A stretch of 64,000 nucleotides of DNA from a virus (lineage: Duplodnaviria > Caudoviricetes). Both the position numbers and the translations under genes were made by a program. Shown piece by piece: positions 9,522 to 20,738 of this stretch (position 1 is the stretch's first letter; each line of letters begins with the position of its first letter). The notes beneath the pieces are model-generated. The model searched no databases. It was not told the DNA's origin and was given only the letters and a program-made list of their open reading frames with translations. The stretch is from positions 32,001 through 96,000 of the IMG/VR virus record IMGVR_UViG_2724679183_000002; one strand, written 5' to 3'.

Positions 9522-10247
9522 TTAGCTGCCCTTAGAAAAACCTTCAGTCTTATTCATAAATTTCTCTCGGCTTATGTAATGTTTCTCTTCCTCAAATAAG
9601 TCAATGTGTTTATCCCAATTCACAATGTTTTTACCTGCTTCTGGGGATACTGTGGCAAATAGGGTGGAAGTGTCATATTGCTTGAATTGAGCGATCCTAT
9701 GATAAGTCATATACAATTGAAATAGCGTCATGTCATTAATGTCTTTATAAAGATACCCTGTATAAGTGGACACTGTGCTAATGATATCTGCCATATTGAC
9801 TGGATCAATGTCTTGACTTTTCACTCTTTTGCTTCGCTCATTAGCTTTTTGAATCTCAGGATTTGAGCTTATTTTTTCTTCCTTCAAACAACACATTTTC
9901 AATACAAGCTCTCTAATGGAATCGAAGTTGTCTGGAGTAAGCTTACCCAGTATTTCTTCTCCGTTGAACATTTTAGAAAACACAACACTGTAGGCTTCTT
10001 GAAAATTCGGCAGGGTTTCAGAAATTTCATAAAGGGTCATTTTTTTTAATTCAGCAATCAGCTCATCAAGTTCCCCAAAACGATTAACATCTTCTTTGCT
10101 ATAAACATAGATGATCTCTTTTTTGGACATTTTGATTAGCCTTAAGTAATTGGCTAACTGACCGTACTCTTTAACTTTAATGAATCTACATTCACCAAGT
10201 TCTGTAGAAATTGGTTCTCCAGTAATGAAAAACTCAATATCAATCAT
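9522..10247 (-). CDS. yomV: YomV-like morphogenesis protein
   Basis: 241 aa. Synteny. Confidence 0.6.
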   Translation of the reverse strand: MIDIEFFITGEPISTELGECRFIKVKEYGQLANYLRLIKMSKKEIIYVYSKEDVNRFGELDELIAELKKMTLYEISETLPNFQEAYSVVFSKMFNGEEILGKLTPDNFDSIRELVLKMCCLKEEKISSNPEIQKANERSKRVKSQDIDPVNMADIISTVSTYTGYLYKDINDMTLFQLYMTYHRIAQFKQYDTSTLFATVSPEAGKNIVNWDKHIDLFEEEKHYISREKFMNKTEGFSKGS

Positions 10248-10750
10248 TTCATAGCTCCGAAAGTGAATATCAATTTGTATCCCAAATACCCATCAGGCGC
10301 ATTAGATATGAGAAGCCTTGTATATTTTACACTTTTACCGATACCAGCAAAATTTTGATTGAATAGCATTTCACAAATACGAACAGTAATTTTCAAATTC
10401 CTGAATTCAGTTTCTTCATACGTGTTGATGTGCGTATAAACATCAATCATTAAATCCTGATCGAGCAGCATCTCACTTTGGGTTGAGGGTTTAGGGATTC
10501 CATTTCCAAGATAAACACAAAGTCTGCAAATTGGTTGATCGGTTAAATCATCAGTTTTGGGAGCACGTTTAATTATTGAGTTTAATATTGCTGGGGAATC
10601 GTCAACAGGGTCATAATAATTATCCAACGTCTGAACATCAGGGAGAGAAGAGGAGAGAGGGTCATCTTTATAATATAAAAGACGATTTAACTCTGTATCA
10701 TTCATAATGGTTCTGAATACAGTTGTCATATGTTCGACCATCATACTCAT
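10244..10750 (-). CDS. yomW: YomW-like putative tail terminator
   Basis: 168 aa with overlapping start/stop coupling. Synteny. Confidence 0.6.
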   Translation of the reverse strand: MSMMVEHMTTVFRTIMNDTELNRLLYYKDDPLSSSLPDVQTLDNYYDPVDDSPAILNSIIKRAPKTDDLTDQPICRLCVYLGNGIPKPSTQSEMLLDQDLMIDVYTHINTYEETEFRNLKITVRICEMLFNQNFAGIGKSVKYTRLLISNAPDGYLGYKLIFTFGAMK

Positions 10751-11400
10751 TCACTATCACCTCCAACCTTCTTCTTTGCTATAAGTTTAATTGTTCCGTA
10801 GTCTCCATAGACTTTGGAATAGTCTATATCATTGACCTGGTAGTTTTCACCAAAGAAAGTAAGAGTAAGGCCGATTTTTAATTTTTCATGTACAAAATAA
10901 GGGATTATTATATTTGCTTGTCCATCTGGGAGATTGACTGCCAATTCAGTTCCATTTATTGAAGCAGACCTTTCAAAGATGCAGGGAACTTCAGTCTTTT
11001 CACCTGGAATCTTTTTGTAAATCGGCTTACCGGTAATTTCGTTAACCTTGCCTGAATCAACAGACTTGTCATCTGAGGTTAGAGTAAACACAGCACTGCA
11101 TATTTTGATTTCGGCTTTCTTATATATCTTATTGCTATGAGGAAGCGAAGTGATGAGCCATGTTTCGCCGTTATGTTTAACTACGCCACCGTAATAAATG
11201 TCAGATATTTCACCTAGTATATATTTGGAAGTCCCATCACTACTAGAGTACTTTGATGTAATCATTACTGTTTTTTCAATTCCATCAATCGTAACTATCT
11301 CTGATTCAAAACCTTTTAGACCTTGCTGGAAAATGATCTTTCCATCATGCAGAAGCTTTCCATTAATATTAACTTTGTGATAATTACTGTAATCCTTCAA
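10747..11400 (-). CDS. yomX: YomX-like putative head closure protein
   Basis: ~217 aa. Synteny. Confidence 0.6.
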   Translation of the reverse strand: MKDYSNYHKVNINGKLLHDGKIIFQQGLKGFESEIVTIDGIEKTVMITSKYSSSDGTSKYILGEISDIYYGGVVKHNGETWLITSLPHSNKIYKKAEIKICSAVFTLTSDDKSVDSGKVNEITGKPIYKKIPGEKTEVPCIFERSASINGTELAVNLPDGQANIIIPYFVHEKLKIGLTLTFFGENYQVNDIDYSKVYGDYGTIKLIAKKKVGGDSE

Positions 11401-11638
11401 TTGAATCACCGTCTGTCAATATGCAATCATTAAGCCTATTTAACTCACCACTTACTGTTAAAATAGTGTCTCTGATTTCTGTAAGTTCAGGGTCACTCAG
11501 TAGCTTTTTGTTAAGGCATTCCTCCAATTTGAAGAGTACTGAATTGTTTTTCTTGCTAAGTTTATTGCAATAAACGTCTAATTCTTCAATCTTAATTTGT
11601 CCATTGTTTGATACCGATTTAACTTTAATTATACTCAT
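11384..11638 (-). CDS. yomY: YomY-like protein
   Basis: 84 aa, coupled to its neighbours. Confidence 0.55.
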   Translation of the reverse strand: MSIIKVKSVSNNGQIKIEELDVYCNKLSKKNNSVLFKLEECLNKKLLSDPELTEIRDTILTVSGELNRLNDCILTDGDSIEGLQ

Positions 11639-12030
11639 AGATAATCCACCGCAGCATTCAATATCAAACGCTCAATTTCGTTTTTTTGATCTGCTACACT
11701 TTGTTTAAGGGAAGTGATTTGTGGGCCAAAGTTCTTAATACCCACGTCATTAGTGAATGGCTGCCACGTATTCTCAAACAATGTCTTTTTATTTAACAAA
11801 AAGAGGTATCTCAAGAAGTGTGCAAGAATAAGAAGATCATCCTCAGATAATTCTCTATTTACAGTTTCTGTTGAATCATCAGCCTTCAAATTGTCTCTGA
11901 GCCTGTTATTGAAATGTAGTATTGCATTTCGAATTGATTGATAAATTTGTTCTTCTGTTTGAGGAACATCAAAATCAGATGTCTCACAGTTGTTTAAAAA
12001 GGTTTCCCATATTTGATCATAAGACGTCAT
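11635..12030 (-). CDS. yomZ: YomZ-like putative head-tail adaptor
   Basis: 131 aa helical protein. Synteny. Confidence 0.6.
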   Translation of the reverse strand: MTSYDQIWETFLNNCETSDFDVPQTEEQIYQSIRNAILHFNNRLRDNLKADDSTETVNRELSEDDLLILAHFLRYLFLLNKKTLFENTWQPFTNDVGIKNFGPQITSLKQSVADQKNEIERLILNAAVDYL

Positions 12031-12044
12031 AAAAATCCCTCCTC

Positions 12045-12521
12045 TTAGTCAAAGAGAAGGGAAGGGTCAGCGACTCCCATCCAATCAGCCAAAACTTTTA
12101 ATTTGCCTGCAGCAATGTCATCGCTAAATTCTGAAGCAACATCAATAATAAATTGCTTCTCAGAATCGACTGTGATTTTATCGAGCTTATTTTTAAGTTG
12201 AGCAATATTACCCGATTTAATCATCTTTTCTATTTCTTCTTTAGTGTGAATGTTATTTTCATATGCATCCGATTCAACAATAGAGTCTTTAATCTCTTTG
12301 GTTGTTTCATTGTCTTCTACGATAACTAATTCACCTTTATCGAAACAAACACTATTCATTGTGAGCCACTCAACAACTTCTTTTGGAACTTCTTTAGTAT
12401 CAATCTTCCCATTTTTGCTGCCAGCCCAAGTGTATTGTTTATGACCTCCATCACCAGTGTAACCTACAAAATAAGACGTGCTTCTGTGACGTGCTAATTT
12501 AATTTTTTCAGTCAAATCCAT
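12045..12521 (-). CDS. yonA: YonA-like protein
   Basis: 158 aa, directly after the capsid gene. Confidence 0.6.
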   Translation of the reverse strand: MDLTEKIKLARHRSTSYFVGYTGDGGHKQYTWAGSKNGKIDTKEVPKEVVEWLTMNSVCFDKGELVIVEDNETTKEIKDSIVESDAYENNIHTKEEIEKMIKSGNIAQLKNKLDKITVDSEKQFIIDVASEFSDDIAAGKLKVLADWMGVADPSLLFD

Positions 12522-12549
12522 ATCCTCCTAAAAAATCCTCATATTTGAT

Positions 12550-13566
12550 TTAGATAGATACTGCAGCTTGTTCTTCAATAATTCCGATCGCTTCACCAAA
12601 AAGAAGGTTAACAGAAGCATCTTGAACAATTTTCATTTTGATTCTTTCATCTTCAATGTCTTGCTCTGTTAATTGACGCAGTCCGCCATACTCAACAACG
12701 GAAAATGGTTTTTGAGAAACGCCGCCGGCAAACATATACCCTTTGTTAACAGGAAGTTCGACTTTACTATTTGTATCGTCAGTAAATGGGTTAGTCAGGT
12801 TAACAGCAGTTGTTCTGCCGATTGTAGCAGGGTTCAGGGCAGTAAGGAGTTCTCCTTTAATTTCTTCTGTTAAGAAGTTCTTAAACGTGGAGTCTGTTCC
12901 TTGTTGGAATGCGAAGTAGTCGATGAGAAGGGTGTCAGCTACGAAGATAGGCTTTCCACCATAACGTTGAAGCACAGAAGCTACTTTGTTGTATTGTTGA
13001 AGAGTAAGGTTTGAGCCTGTTTGAACATTCTTTGCAGGGATTTTACCTGCTGTAATTGCGCTTGCAGTTAATTGATGAATTTTATCGAGGTACAAACGGA
13101 CTTTAGCATCTGCAATATCATTCACCAATTTATTAAAGTAAGCAATTGAATCAGTTACGAGATCTAGAGGCTCATAATAGAAACCTGTTGACATAGTTTT
13201 TGGAACAGCTGGAACAGTTTCTTGACCTTCAACACGAACTAAGTCAACACCAGAACCTGTAGCAGACCAAATGACTTTTGCCTTATTCTTTTTCGGAATT
13301 TTAATTTCTTTAATATTGCCTCGTTTTTCTTGTTGGACATTGGCCAAAAGGGAAAGTAGCTGAGTTACTTTTGGTTTTGCAATTTCATCAGCTTGTTCAA
13401 CGACAAGGTTATTAAATTGATGGAGCATGGAAGGATCGGGTGTAGTTCCACCATCACCAAACACTTTCTTAATGTAAGTTTGGATATCAGCTTGATCTGT
13501 ACCGTCCATTTTGTTGTTTAATACACGGCTAAACAAACCTTTAATTTTCACAGTATCTAATTTCAT
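12550..13566 (-). CDS. yonB: Major capsid protein (YonB)
   Basis: 338 aa with strong RBS. Position in the portal-protease-capsid order. Confidence 0.75.
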   Translation of the reverse strand: MKLDTVKIKGLFSRVLNNKMDGTDQADIQTYIKKVFGDGGTTPDPSMLHQFNNLVVEQADEIAKPKVTQLLSLLANVQQEKRGNIKEIKIPKKNKAKVIWSATGSGVDLVRVEGQETVPAVPKTMSTGFYYEPLDLVTDSIAYFNKLVNDIADAKVRLYLDKIHQLTASAITAGKIPAKNVQTGSNLTLQQYNKVASVLQRYGGKPIFVADTLLIDYFAFQQGTDSTFKNFLTEEIKGELLTALNPATIGRTTAVNLTNPFTDDTNSKVELPVNKGYMFAGGVSQKPFSVVEYGGLRQLTEQDIEDERIKMKIVQDASVNLLFGEAIGIIEEQAAVSI

Positions 13567-13604
13567 TTGAAATACTCCTTTTATTGAAATTTATTTGTTA
13601 TGGA

Positions 13605-14141
13605 TTAGGCCTCGATTACTTCAAGGCGAACAAGCTTTTGTCCCATTGTGTAAACAAGGTCATCTTCGTTATTTACAACCAGGAACTTAGCAGAAGAATC
13701 AGCATAATCTTCATGAGGTGAAGCAGGATCACTAAGAATATATTTTTGAGTAGCAATATCAAAGTGTGCCACTTGACCTTGTTTAACCTCGGTCACGCCT
13801 GTATTTAATGAAAATGCAGAAACATCAAAACGAGTATAAGCAGGTTCGAGGATAACAATTCGAGCGTGTTCTCCTACACCGTTATAAAAGTCTCGCATTG
13901 ATTCGCCAAGATACCGTGCTTCAGGAGAAGCAATTAAATATGCTTTTTTTGTTTTATCTGATAGCTTCGAAGCTGTTCTGTTTCCCTCAGCATCAAAACC
14001 CAGTTCAACAAGCATGAAGTTGTCGATATCTGATCCAGTTACTTTTGCACCGTGAGCAACTGTTTTGATTTTTAAAGAATTCAAGTTTCCAGTAGTATGA
14101 TTACCTACTTCAGTAAAGGCTTTTTGTAATCTTGTAGCCAT
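13605..14141 (-). CDS. yonC: YonC-like capsid decoration/cement protein
   Basis: 178 aa between scaffold and capsid genes. Confidence 0.6.
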   Translation of the reverse strand: MATRLQKAFTEVGNHTTGNLNSLKIKTVAHGAKVTGSDIDNFMLVELGFDAEGNRTASKLSDKTKKAYLIASPEARYLGESMRDFYNGVGEHARIVILEPAYTRFDVSAFSLNTGVTEVKQGQVAHFDIATQKYILSDPASPHEDYADSSAKFLVVNNEDDLVYTMGQKLVRLEVIEA

Positions 14142-14165
14142 ATTTTATTCCTCCAAGTTTAAAAT

Positions 14166-15602
14166 TTATTGTGAAAAGCGGGATTCAAAAGAGTCATCGT
14201 TAGGGATTAAATTTTCCCGTTTACTTGAAAATTCTCTAATGGTTGTATTTGTTTCAGCAGGAGCACTAACTAAATCAACTAACATTGTATTAAGTTGTAA
14301 TACAGCTTTTTCTCCTTCTTCACCTTGTTTAATTGAAGCATGAATAAGGTTTTGTACTTCTTCCGAACTGAATTTATCCTCAGCCTTTAAAGCTTCGAAT
14401 TTCGCTTTATAAAATTCATTTTTCTCATTCAGTTTTTGCTCAAATAAAGCTTTCTCGTGTTTTTCTTTATAAGGCCTCAATTGCTCCACTTCAGAGTTCA
14501 GTTGAACAAGCTTTTCACTAGCAGAGTCGAATTGCTGTTCAATTTCAATCTTGTTTTGCTTGGCTTCATTAACTTGCCTAGTTAAATCATTAATCGTTTC
14601 TTCTTTCTGGTTAAGTTGAGTTTGAATGGATTCAGGAACAACTTCCTCCCAGTTCCGCGTCATGAACACTTCGGTTTTGCTTTCAAAATCAATTGAAACA
14701 ACATCACCTGTTCTTGTGTAATTAAACTTATAGTATTTGTCATAACTATTTTCATCTGCCCAACTATACACGTTTGCGATGAAATATGAATCGTAAACGT
14801 CTGCTATATATGAATCTGACTCTTTGTTGAGAGTTGGGTCTAGTTGACCATAAAGCAATGTTCTAATGTCTGAATGAGATAGTTCAAACACTTTCTTAAA
14901 TTTATCCACGGTTTCACCTTCCTTTTGATTTTCTTTACTCGCTGCTTGAAACACTAATTTTTCAAATCGCTGTAGTTCATTAAAGCTTAGAAGTTTAGAA
15001 GATTCGTAAGCAGGGAGGACAACATCATGTTCGCCTCGCTTTTCGGAATTTAAAATTGCATGGCCAGCCAAATAAACAGGGGATTGAATAAACTCAGTAC
15101 CATCCTGTACTGTATAGTTTGAATATAAGATTTCGCAGCTTGTGTTGATGTTGATCCCTCTGCTATACCATTCTTGTAGTAACTCACAGGCATCATTAAA
15201 ACGAGAACTCCACAATACAGCATCTGCTGCAAGAACTTCTTTCTTCCCTTCTGGTGTATCAATTTCCATTATGTATCCTTCAGAAGTGAAAACTCCGATT
15301 GGAGTTGTGCCCATCTTTACTTCAAGTTCGCCGTGCTTATCTGTTCCCAAGTAGGCTTCATGAGAACCAAGTGCATCTGTTGAAGTATTGATGTCTTCAA
15401 CTTCATAATATTTGGCAACAATGGGCTTATTGATAATAGTAGGGGAGGCTTCCAAAGCTACTTCTTTGGGGATTATTGCGTTGTTATGCGATACTTCAAA
15501 ATCAAATATGATGAAAGTACAAGGTAACTTTGTTGGATCATCTGATTGTTTAATTTCATTAAGCTGCAACTGGCATGATCGTTTCTTCTGCTTCTTTGTC
15601 AA
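14166..15602 (-). CDS. yonD: Prohead protease/scaffold (YonD)
   Basis: N-terminal protease-like domain (SHN, SCE) plus a long acidic coiled coil. TTG start after AAAGGGGGTG. Confidence 0.7.
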   Translation of the reverse strand: MTKKQKKRSCQLQLNEIKQSDDPTKLPCTFIIFDFEVSHNNAIIPKEVALEASPTIINKPIVAKYYEVEDINTSTDALGSHEAYLGTDKHGELEVKMGTTPIGVFTSEGYIMEIDTPEGKKEVLAADAVLWSSRFNDACELLQEWYSRGININTSCEILYSNYTVQDGTEFIQSPVYLAGHAILNSEKRGEHDVVLPAYESSKLLSFNELQRFEKLVFQAASKENQKEGETVDKFKKVFELSHSDIRTLLYGQLDPTLNKESDSYIADVYDSYFIANVYSWADENSYDKYYKFNYTRTGDVVSIDFESKTEVFMTRNWEEVVPESIQTQLNQKEETINDLTRQVNEAKQNKIEIEQQFDSASEKLVQLNSEVEQLRPYKEKHEKALFEQKLNEKNEFYKAKFEALKAEDKFSSEEVQNLIHASIKQGEEGEKAVLQLNTMLVDLVSAPAETNTTIREFSSKRENLIPNDDSFESRFSQ

Positions 15603-15632
15603 ATGAAATTCACCCCCTTTCAAAAGAGAAAA

Positions 15633-17168
15633 CTATTCAGGCGTATTATTTCCATCTGAAGTTCTTGATTTTATTGTATTTTCATTTGTAGGAGTTTCTG
15701 TTGAAGATTGGCCAGCTTCTCCATTATTTGAAGAGCCGTCACCCATTGTATAGGATGTTTGGTATGGTTTAATTTTATCTTGGAGTTTAAGTTCTTCTGT
15801 TTCATAAAGGGTCTGTTCCAGATAGCTTTCCCAAGATACCCCAGCTAAATTGTCAATAACATGCTTAATAGACCAGCCTTTATCGTTTAATTTAATCAGG
15901 ATATCCATTTTCTCTTTCAGAGTGAGTGGCTTGTCTTTATCATAATTCATATAATAGTTGTCTTTTTGACTGTCCGGTAAAACAAGATTGAATAACTTTT
16001 GATAAACCTCTTGTTCAATATCCTCCATTAAAACGCCAATACGCTTATAAAATGTATCCAAGTTTAATGAAGAAGTTGCGTAGTTCCCTCCATCACCATT
16101 TAAAAGGGATCCGGATAAACCGTAAGCAGATTGAATATCGCTGTTGATATGATCAAATTTTGCTCCATCTAGTCCATCTGCTTTAACATCTGGAAAGTTG
16201 ATGTCAGCAAAGTCAGGAATTGATACTACGGTTACTCCATCTTTTTGGTTCTTTTCTAAAGCTGATTTAACCCCGCCATGAATTTTTTGTTTAACTGCTT
16301 TAGGCAGCTTCATGTTGGTATATTCTCCATTACCTTTGTCCGTACCAATTGTTAATACTGCAACAGCGTTAATAATCTTATTTGCAATAGACCTCTCAAC
16401 ATCTTTAAGTTTCTTTTTGTGAAGCACATCATATAGACCTGGGGTAACCCAAGATGTTCCCAATCCTTGATTTCTCTTTAGCGTTCCTGTGCGTAGTGGA
16501 AAAGTTCTTTCTTGTGGCAATTCCTTATATCGATATTTCTCTCGATCTTTCATGAAGTTTTCATAATCGCTTTGTTTAATATAAGGGGAAAGGCTTTTTA
16601 ACAATTCATTTCTGCGATCATCTTTATACTTAGTGAACATCTCCATGTCAACTACACATACCCAGTCTCCATTTCTCCTAAAAGAGGGGAATACATATTC
16701 AATCTCATCAAAGATAAACGGATAGGGGCTCTTATCATCCCCAAGCCATATACCAACAAGAGTGCCGGCTGTAGCTACCTGTTTTAACAAATCTCTAGTA
16801 AGTCTTTTATGTTTGACCTTATGTAAGGATTTATTCAAAAGGGAAATATGCTTATCTGAAGACTTAGCTTTATTAAAGGAGTCAATTTTATAGTTGAGGG
16901 TAGGGAGGGCTTCAATCAATTCAAACAATTGGTGAATCTCTGCAGTTGAAATGTAAAAATACTCTGCAAGATCTTCGATTTCTTTCTGAAATTGATCTGG
17001 GTTAGAAAAATAGTTCTTTAATTGTTCGGCCTCAATTTCCGTAACAATGCCATTGGAAAACATATTTGAGATAAAGCCAGAAGCAAATGTAGAAGTATAA
17101 GTTGAATAGTCATTCAGCATTTGCTTATACTCTTCTGATTCAATGTCAACTTTGTTTAAGGTTACCAT
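15633..17168 (-). CDS. yonE: Portal protein (YonE)
   Basis: 511 aa, immediately after the terminase. Confidence 0.75.
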   Translation of the reverse strand: MVTLNKVDIESEEYKQMLNDYSTYTSTFASGFISNMFSNGIVTEIEAEQLKNYFSNPDQFQKEIEDLAEYFYISTAEIHQLFELIEALPTLNYKIDSFNKAKSSDKHISLLNKSLHKVKHKRLTRDLLKQVATAGTLVGIWLGDDKSPYPFIFDEIEYVFPSFRRNGDWVCVVDMEMFTKYKDDRRNELLKSLSPYIKQSDYENFMKDREKYRYKELPQERTFPLRTGTLKRNQGLGTSWVTPGLYDVLHKKKLKDVERSIANKIINAVAVLTIGTDKGNGEYTNMKLPKAVKQKIHGGVKSALEKNQKDGVTVVSIPDFADINFPDVKADGLDGAKFDHINSDIQSAYGLSGSLLNGDGGNYATSSLNLDTFYKRIGVLMEDIEQEVYQKLFNLVLPDSQKDNYYMNYDKDKPLTLKEKMDILIKLNDKGWSIKHVIDNLAGVSWESYLEQTLYETEELKLQDKIKPYQTSYTMGDGSSNNGEAGQSSTETPTNENTIKSRTSDGNNTPE

Positions 17169-17185
17169 GTTTCACCTCATTCCTT

Positions 17186-18955
17186 TTAAAAATAGACTAG
17201 TTCATCTTCAACGTCATATTCAGTTTGTTTGTTTAACTGCCTTTCTAATACAGTGGCAATATAGTTGCCATAAGCCACCGAGCTATATCTGTCTTTTCGT
17301 TTACTCTTTGGCTCTTTAAGCTTAACTTGTCCGTTATCGCTATATTCAGCTTCTAAGTTGATCATTTCATTTATTAGAAGTGTAATCTGAGCATAGCTTG
17401 AAAGGAATTTCCCTTTAACTTCAGGGGATAACCCTTCATAGCCTTTAAATCTTTTCAGGTATTCTTTTCCTTCATTTTCATTGATAGGAATTTTGATTTT
17501 CCCTCGTTTGAATCCATCTTTGAGCAATACCGCAATTTCGCTGTTCAATTGTGCATTACCTTTAATGCTATAAATTACTTTTTTAGCATTTTGATAAGTA
17601 CAACGTTCAGCCATTCTTTCATCGTTAATACATGAAAATGGCTCGTATTCTTTTGCACGTTCTTTATCATATAAAGGCTGGCATAATGCATCATACACAC
17701 CAAGTCCGATGCTTTGAGTGTCCAATACAATATAATCGCAATCATAATCTTCGTATATTTGTCGAATTCTTGTTGCTTGAGTTCCTGTATGACCACCTAC
17801 GATGCTCTCCATGTAAACGATATGACGATCATATCCATTAGAGTTTGGAATCAGTCTGAAAACAGTGTAAACACTGGCATCATTATCCTTACCGGCCATT
17901 CCAGCGATATCATTGCTCACCAGTCTAATTTCACCAGGTTTCTTGCCTTCATATTTGAAGTTGGAATCTTTGATTAGGCTGTAATAGTCAGGTGGAAAGA
18001 GGGGAGAAGCAAGTTTGCGGTTCTTTTCTATGTCTTCAAATTTAAAATAAGCTTTTTCAGATTCACCAAACCAGAGGGCTTCCATTTCCATTGACCAACC
18101 AATAGGATCGAAGTCTTCTTCAGCCATTTCATCTCGAACCTGATCTTTATCCAAAAGTCCTTCTTTAATTGCGATCTGGTAAGGGAGGCCACAAACAAAG
18201 TATTTGGATCCTTTCATCATTGCATTATAGTATGTAATGAATCTGTTAAACGACCAATGAACTTTATACCAGCAGGATGACAGGTAAATTTCTTTGTTTC
18301 GCTCTTTGAGATGAGCATATTCCTCTTTTTCGAGATATTTAGGAGAACGGGGAGCAGTTAGGAATTTTCGGAGTACTTTACTGATGATTTCAAAATCAAC
18401 CATTCTGAATTCATCTACAATGAGGAGGTTTGCACGTTTGGAGCGTGCTCCATCATTTGAGGCAACGATTTTAATCCAGCTACCATTATGAAACTCAACT
18501 TTAGCGTCATTTGTTGAGGTTTTTAAGTCTTCTATTTCTCGCCTTAAATTAGGTGATTCTTTACGTAAGTCATCAATTTTTTCTATGACTTCACGTGCTT
18601 GTCCTTTTGTTCCTGATGCAATAACTATTTTAGTACCTGGGAAGAGGATGGCTTGTACACAGCAGTATACAGAGGTTAACCAAGTTTTACCCTGACCACG
18701 ACTGGCCAGGTACATAAAATAATGGTTATATACCATCATGTAAATTAAAATACATTGGAATAATTTAAGTGTAATACCCAAGTATTCTTTTACAAAACGA
18801 TGTGGATTTGCTCTATAGAATGAAGTCCATGCGCCAATACCATCCATCAATCGTTCGGATTTTGATTTCTTTTTAAAGTTGTTTCCCTTTTTAAAGATAT
18901 TAATTCCTCGACTGTGCTTATTGCGATCTGTTGTGAAATTTTTATGCGAGGTCAT
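17186..18955 (-). CDS. yonF: Terminase large subunit (YonF)
   Basis: Walker A ASRGQGKT, Walker B LIVDE, nuclease-domain D residues (NDIA, DAS, KDRYSS). Confidence 0.92.
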   Translation of the reverse strand: MTSHKNFTTDRNKHSRGINIFKKGNNFKKKSKSERLMDGIGAWTSFYRANPHRFVKEYLGITLKLFQCILIYMMVYNHYFMYLASRGQGKTWLTSVYCCVQAILFPGTKIVIASGTKGQAREVIEKIDDLRKESPNLRREIEDLKTSTNDAKVEFHNGSWIKIVASNDGARSKRANLLIVDEFRMVDFEIISKVLRKFLTAPRSPKYLEKEEYAHLKERNKEIYLSSCWYKVHWSFNRFITYYNAMMKGSKYFVCGLPYQIAIKEGLLDKDQVRDEMAEEDFDPIGWSMEMEALWFGESEKAYFKFEDIEKNRKLASPLFPPDYYSLIKDSNFKYEGKKPGEIRLVSNDIAGMAGKDNDASVYTVFRLIPNSNGYDRHIVYMESIVGGHTGTQATRIRQIYEDYDCDYIVLDTQSIGLGVYDALCQPLYDKERAKEYEPFSCINDERMAERCTYQNAKKVIYSIKGNAQLNSEIAVLLKDGFKRGKIKIPINENEGKEYLKRFKGYEGLSPEVKGKFLSSYAQITLLINEMINLEAEYSDNGQVKLKEPKSKRKDRYSSVAYGNYIATVLERQLNKQTEYDVEDELVYF

Positions 18956-19862
18956 TTTCTCGATCCTCTTCTTCTGCAACAGGTTCTTCAACCGTGTGCT
19001 TATTCATTTCATCCCAATATTCCTCTGAATATTGATTTTTCAAACCAAGCATTCGGGACAGATGACCAAGGAAAAATACCTTAATGTATTTTCCGATTTT
19101 ATCAGGATCTTTCCACCTAGGCTCTGGTTCAGGAATGGGTCGTTCATTCTCATATTTTTTTATCAGAGTGCCAAAAGACTCTTGTTCAACTCCACTTGCT
19201 CCAGTTTCTTGAACCGGTTTTAAATTACTTGAGCCGAGTAGGTCTTGAAGAGTTTTTTGCTGCTGATCAACTTTTTCACCATTTTCACGCCGTTTGCGGA
19301 TATCTAGTCGAGTCAAACATATTTCATTTATAAGAAGTTCCATTCCTTTAGAGTCACATTCATACCTATTTGTGAAATCAATGTATTCATTCTGAAGCCA
19401 AATGTAATCTTCAACATCAAGACCCCGACCCCAGAATTGCATTAATTCCTCAATGTCTTCCTTAGAGATATCTTCTGTACTTTTAGCTAGTAATAGTTGT
19501 GTTGTGTATTCTTGTTCTTCTTCAAAGTCAAATTCACTATCTGCCCAAGTTTTTGACTTGTAATCTTTCATTCCGATATTTTTCATATACGTACCTAACA
19601 CATTACCATCTGATTTTTTCTTAGAGCCCGATTCGTTAACAGCGGAAACCCACAAGTCGTAAACAAAGGGGCGATCAATCATCCTCAAGATGTTTTGCAC
19701 ATTCTTCAAGTTATCTTTGTCTTTTTGGAATTCATTTTGAAGACAACTCTTACATACTGCCAGTTTGCCAGTTGCAGCATTAAAAGGGGATTCAGAGATA
19801 TAAAATTGGTTTGAATTTTGTTCTTTCCCACAGCATGAGCATTTGATTTTTTCTGTAGCCAT
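18942..19862 (-). CDS. yonG: Probable terminase small subunit (YonG)
   Basis: N-terminal CxxC...CxxC zinc finger. Overlaps the terL start. Confidence 0.65.
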   Translation of the reverse strand: MATEKIKCSCCGKEQNSNQFYISESPFNAATGKLAVCKSCLQNEFQKDKDNLKNVQNILRMIDRPFVYDLWVSAVNESGSKKKSDGNVLGTYMKNIGMKDYKSKTWADSEFDFEEEQEYTTQLLLAKSTEDISKEDIEELMQFWGRGLDVEDYIWLQNEYIDFTNRYECDSKGMELLINEICLTRLDIRKRRENGEKVDQQQKTLQDLLGSSNLKPVQETGASGVEQESFGTLIKKYENERPIPEPEPRWKDPDKIGKYIKVFFLGHLSRMLGLKNQYSEEYWDEMNKHTVEEPVAEEEDRENDLA

Positions 19863-19968
19863 TTTTCACCTCCAATTTATTGGTTCAAAAACACGTTTTA
19901 TAAAACGCCCAGCAATAGAGAGGGAGTAGAGATTTCTCAATCATCACTGGACGTTCTAAAAAAGTATT

Positions 19969-20469
19969 TTATTTATAAGTCAAGTTACCATTATTGGACA
20001 AAACAACCTTGGTTCCTTTTAAGATATCAGCAAGCGCATCAAACAAACCTTTTCCAATACCGTTTGCATCAATTATTAATTTACTCGGTCTTTTGTCTAT
20101 AATCATAGCTTTTATTTGAGTAGCCTGATGTTTAAACGTCCCATACTCCAATTTCTTAGAGATGTCTTCAATACGTGAATTATTTAAGTCAATAATTAAA
20201 AAGGTTGTACTTTCTCTTCCAGGATCAATTACAGCAATCCTTTCAGGAATATGACCCGCGCTTAATGTATAGTTCGTTCCGTTTAAGGGCTTAGTAGAAA
20301 TTTTGACATCTTGGTTCAAATGGTCATTTTTATTACTTTTCTCAAACCCAATACTTTTATGTAGACTTGTCAGAGCATCTTTTAATTCTCTGTTACAAAG
20401 GTAACCACTATCATTAATTTCTTTCAGTAGTTTTACATATTCCCAAAGCACTTTAGTTTCTTCTTTCAA
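19969..20469 (-). CDS. yonH: YonH-like protein with terminase-nuclease-like C-terminal domain
   Basis: 166 aa. IAVIDPG and IIDANGIGKGLFDAL motifs. Confidence 0.6.
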   Translation of the reverse strand: MKEETKVLWEYVKLLKEINDSGYLCNRELKDALTSLHKSIGFEKSNKNDHLNQDVKISTKPLNGTNYTLSAGHIPERIAVIDPGRESTTFLIIDLNNSRIEDISKKLEYGTFKHQATQIKAMIIDKRPSKLIIDANGIGKGLFDALADILKGTKVVLSNNGNLTYK

Positions 20470-20501
20470 TCTTCATCATTCCTCATCGTAATGTTTATAT
20501 T

Positions 20502-20699
20502 TTAGTAGTTTGTCCAGACAGTCTCTTTAACTTCATCTTTAGTTAAATGACTAAATTTGTCCCAATCTTTTTCGTGAACATTAAAGTTGAATTTGCTGAG
20601 CAAAAGCTTTACATCCTCAACTGTTTTAACTTTGTCAAAGTCAATTTCTCTGTATTTGATTTTTTCCGAACGTGCAACTGCGGACATAATCATACTCAT
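20502..20699 (-). CDS. Hypothetical protein
   Basis: 65 aa with GGGGGA RBS. Confidence 0.55.
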   Translation of the reverse strand: MSMIMSAVARSEKIKYREIDFDKVKTVEDVKLLLSKFNFNVHEKDWDKFSHLTKDEVKETVWTNY

Positions 20700-20738
20700 A
20701 AAAATCCCCCCATTGATTTGGATAAAATTAAAGTTTTA

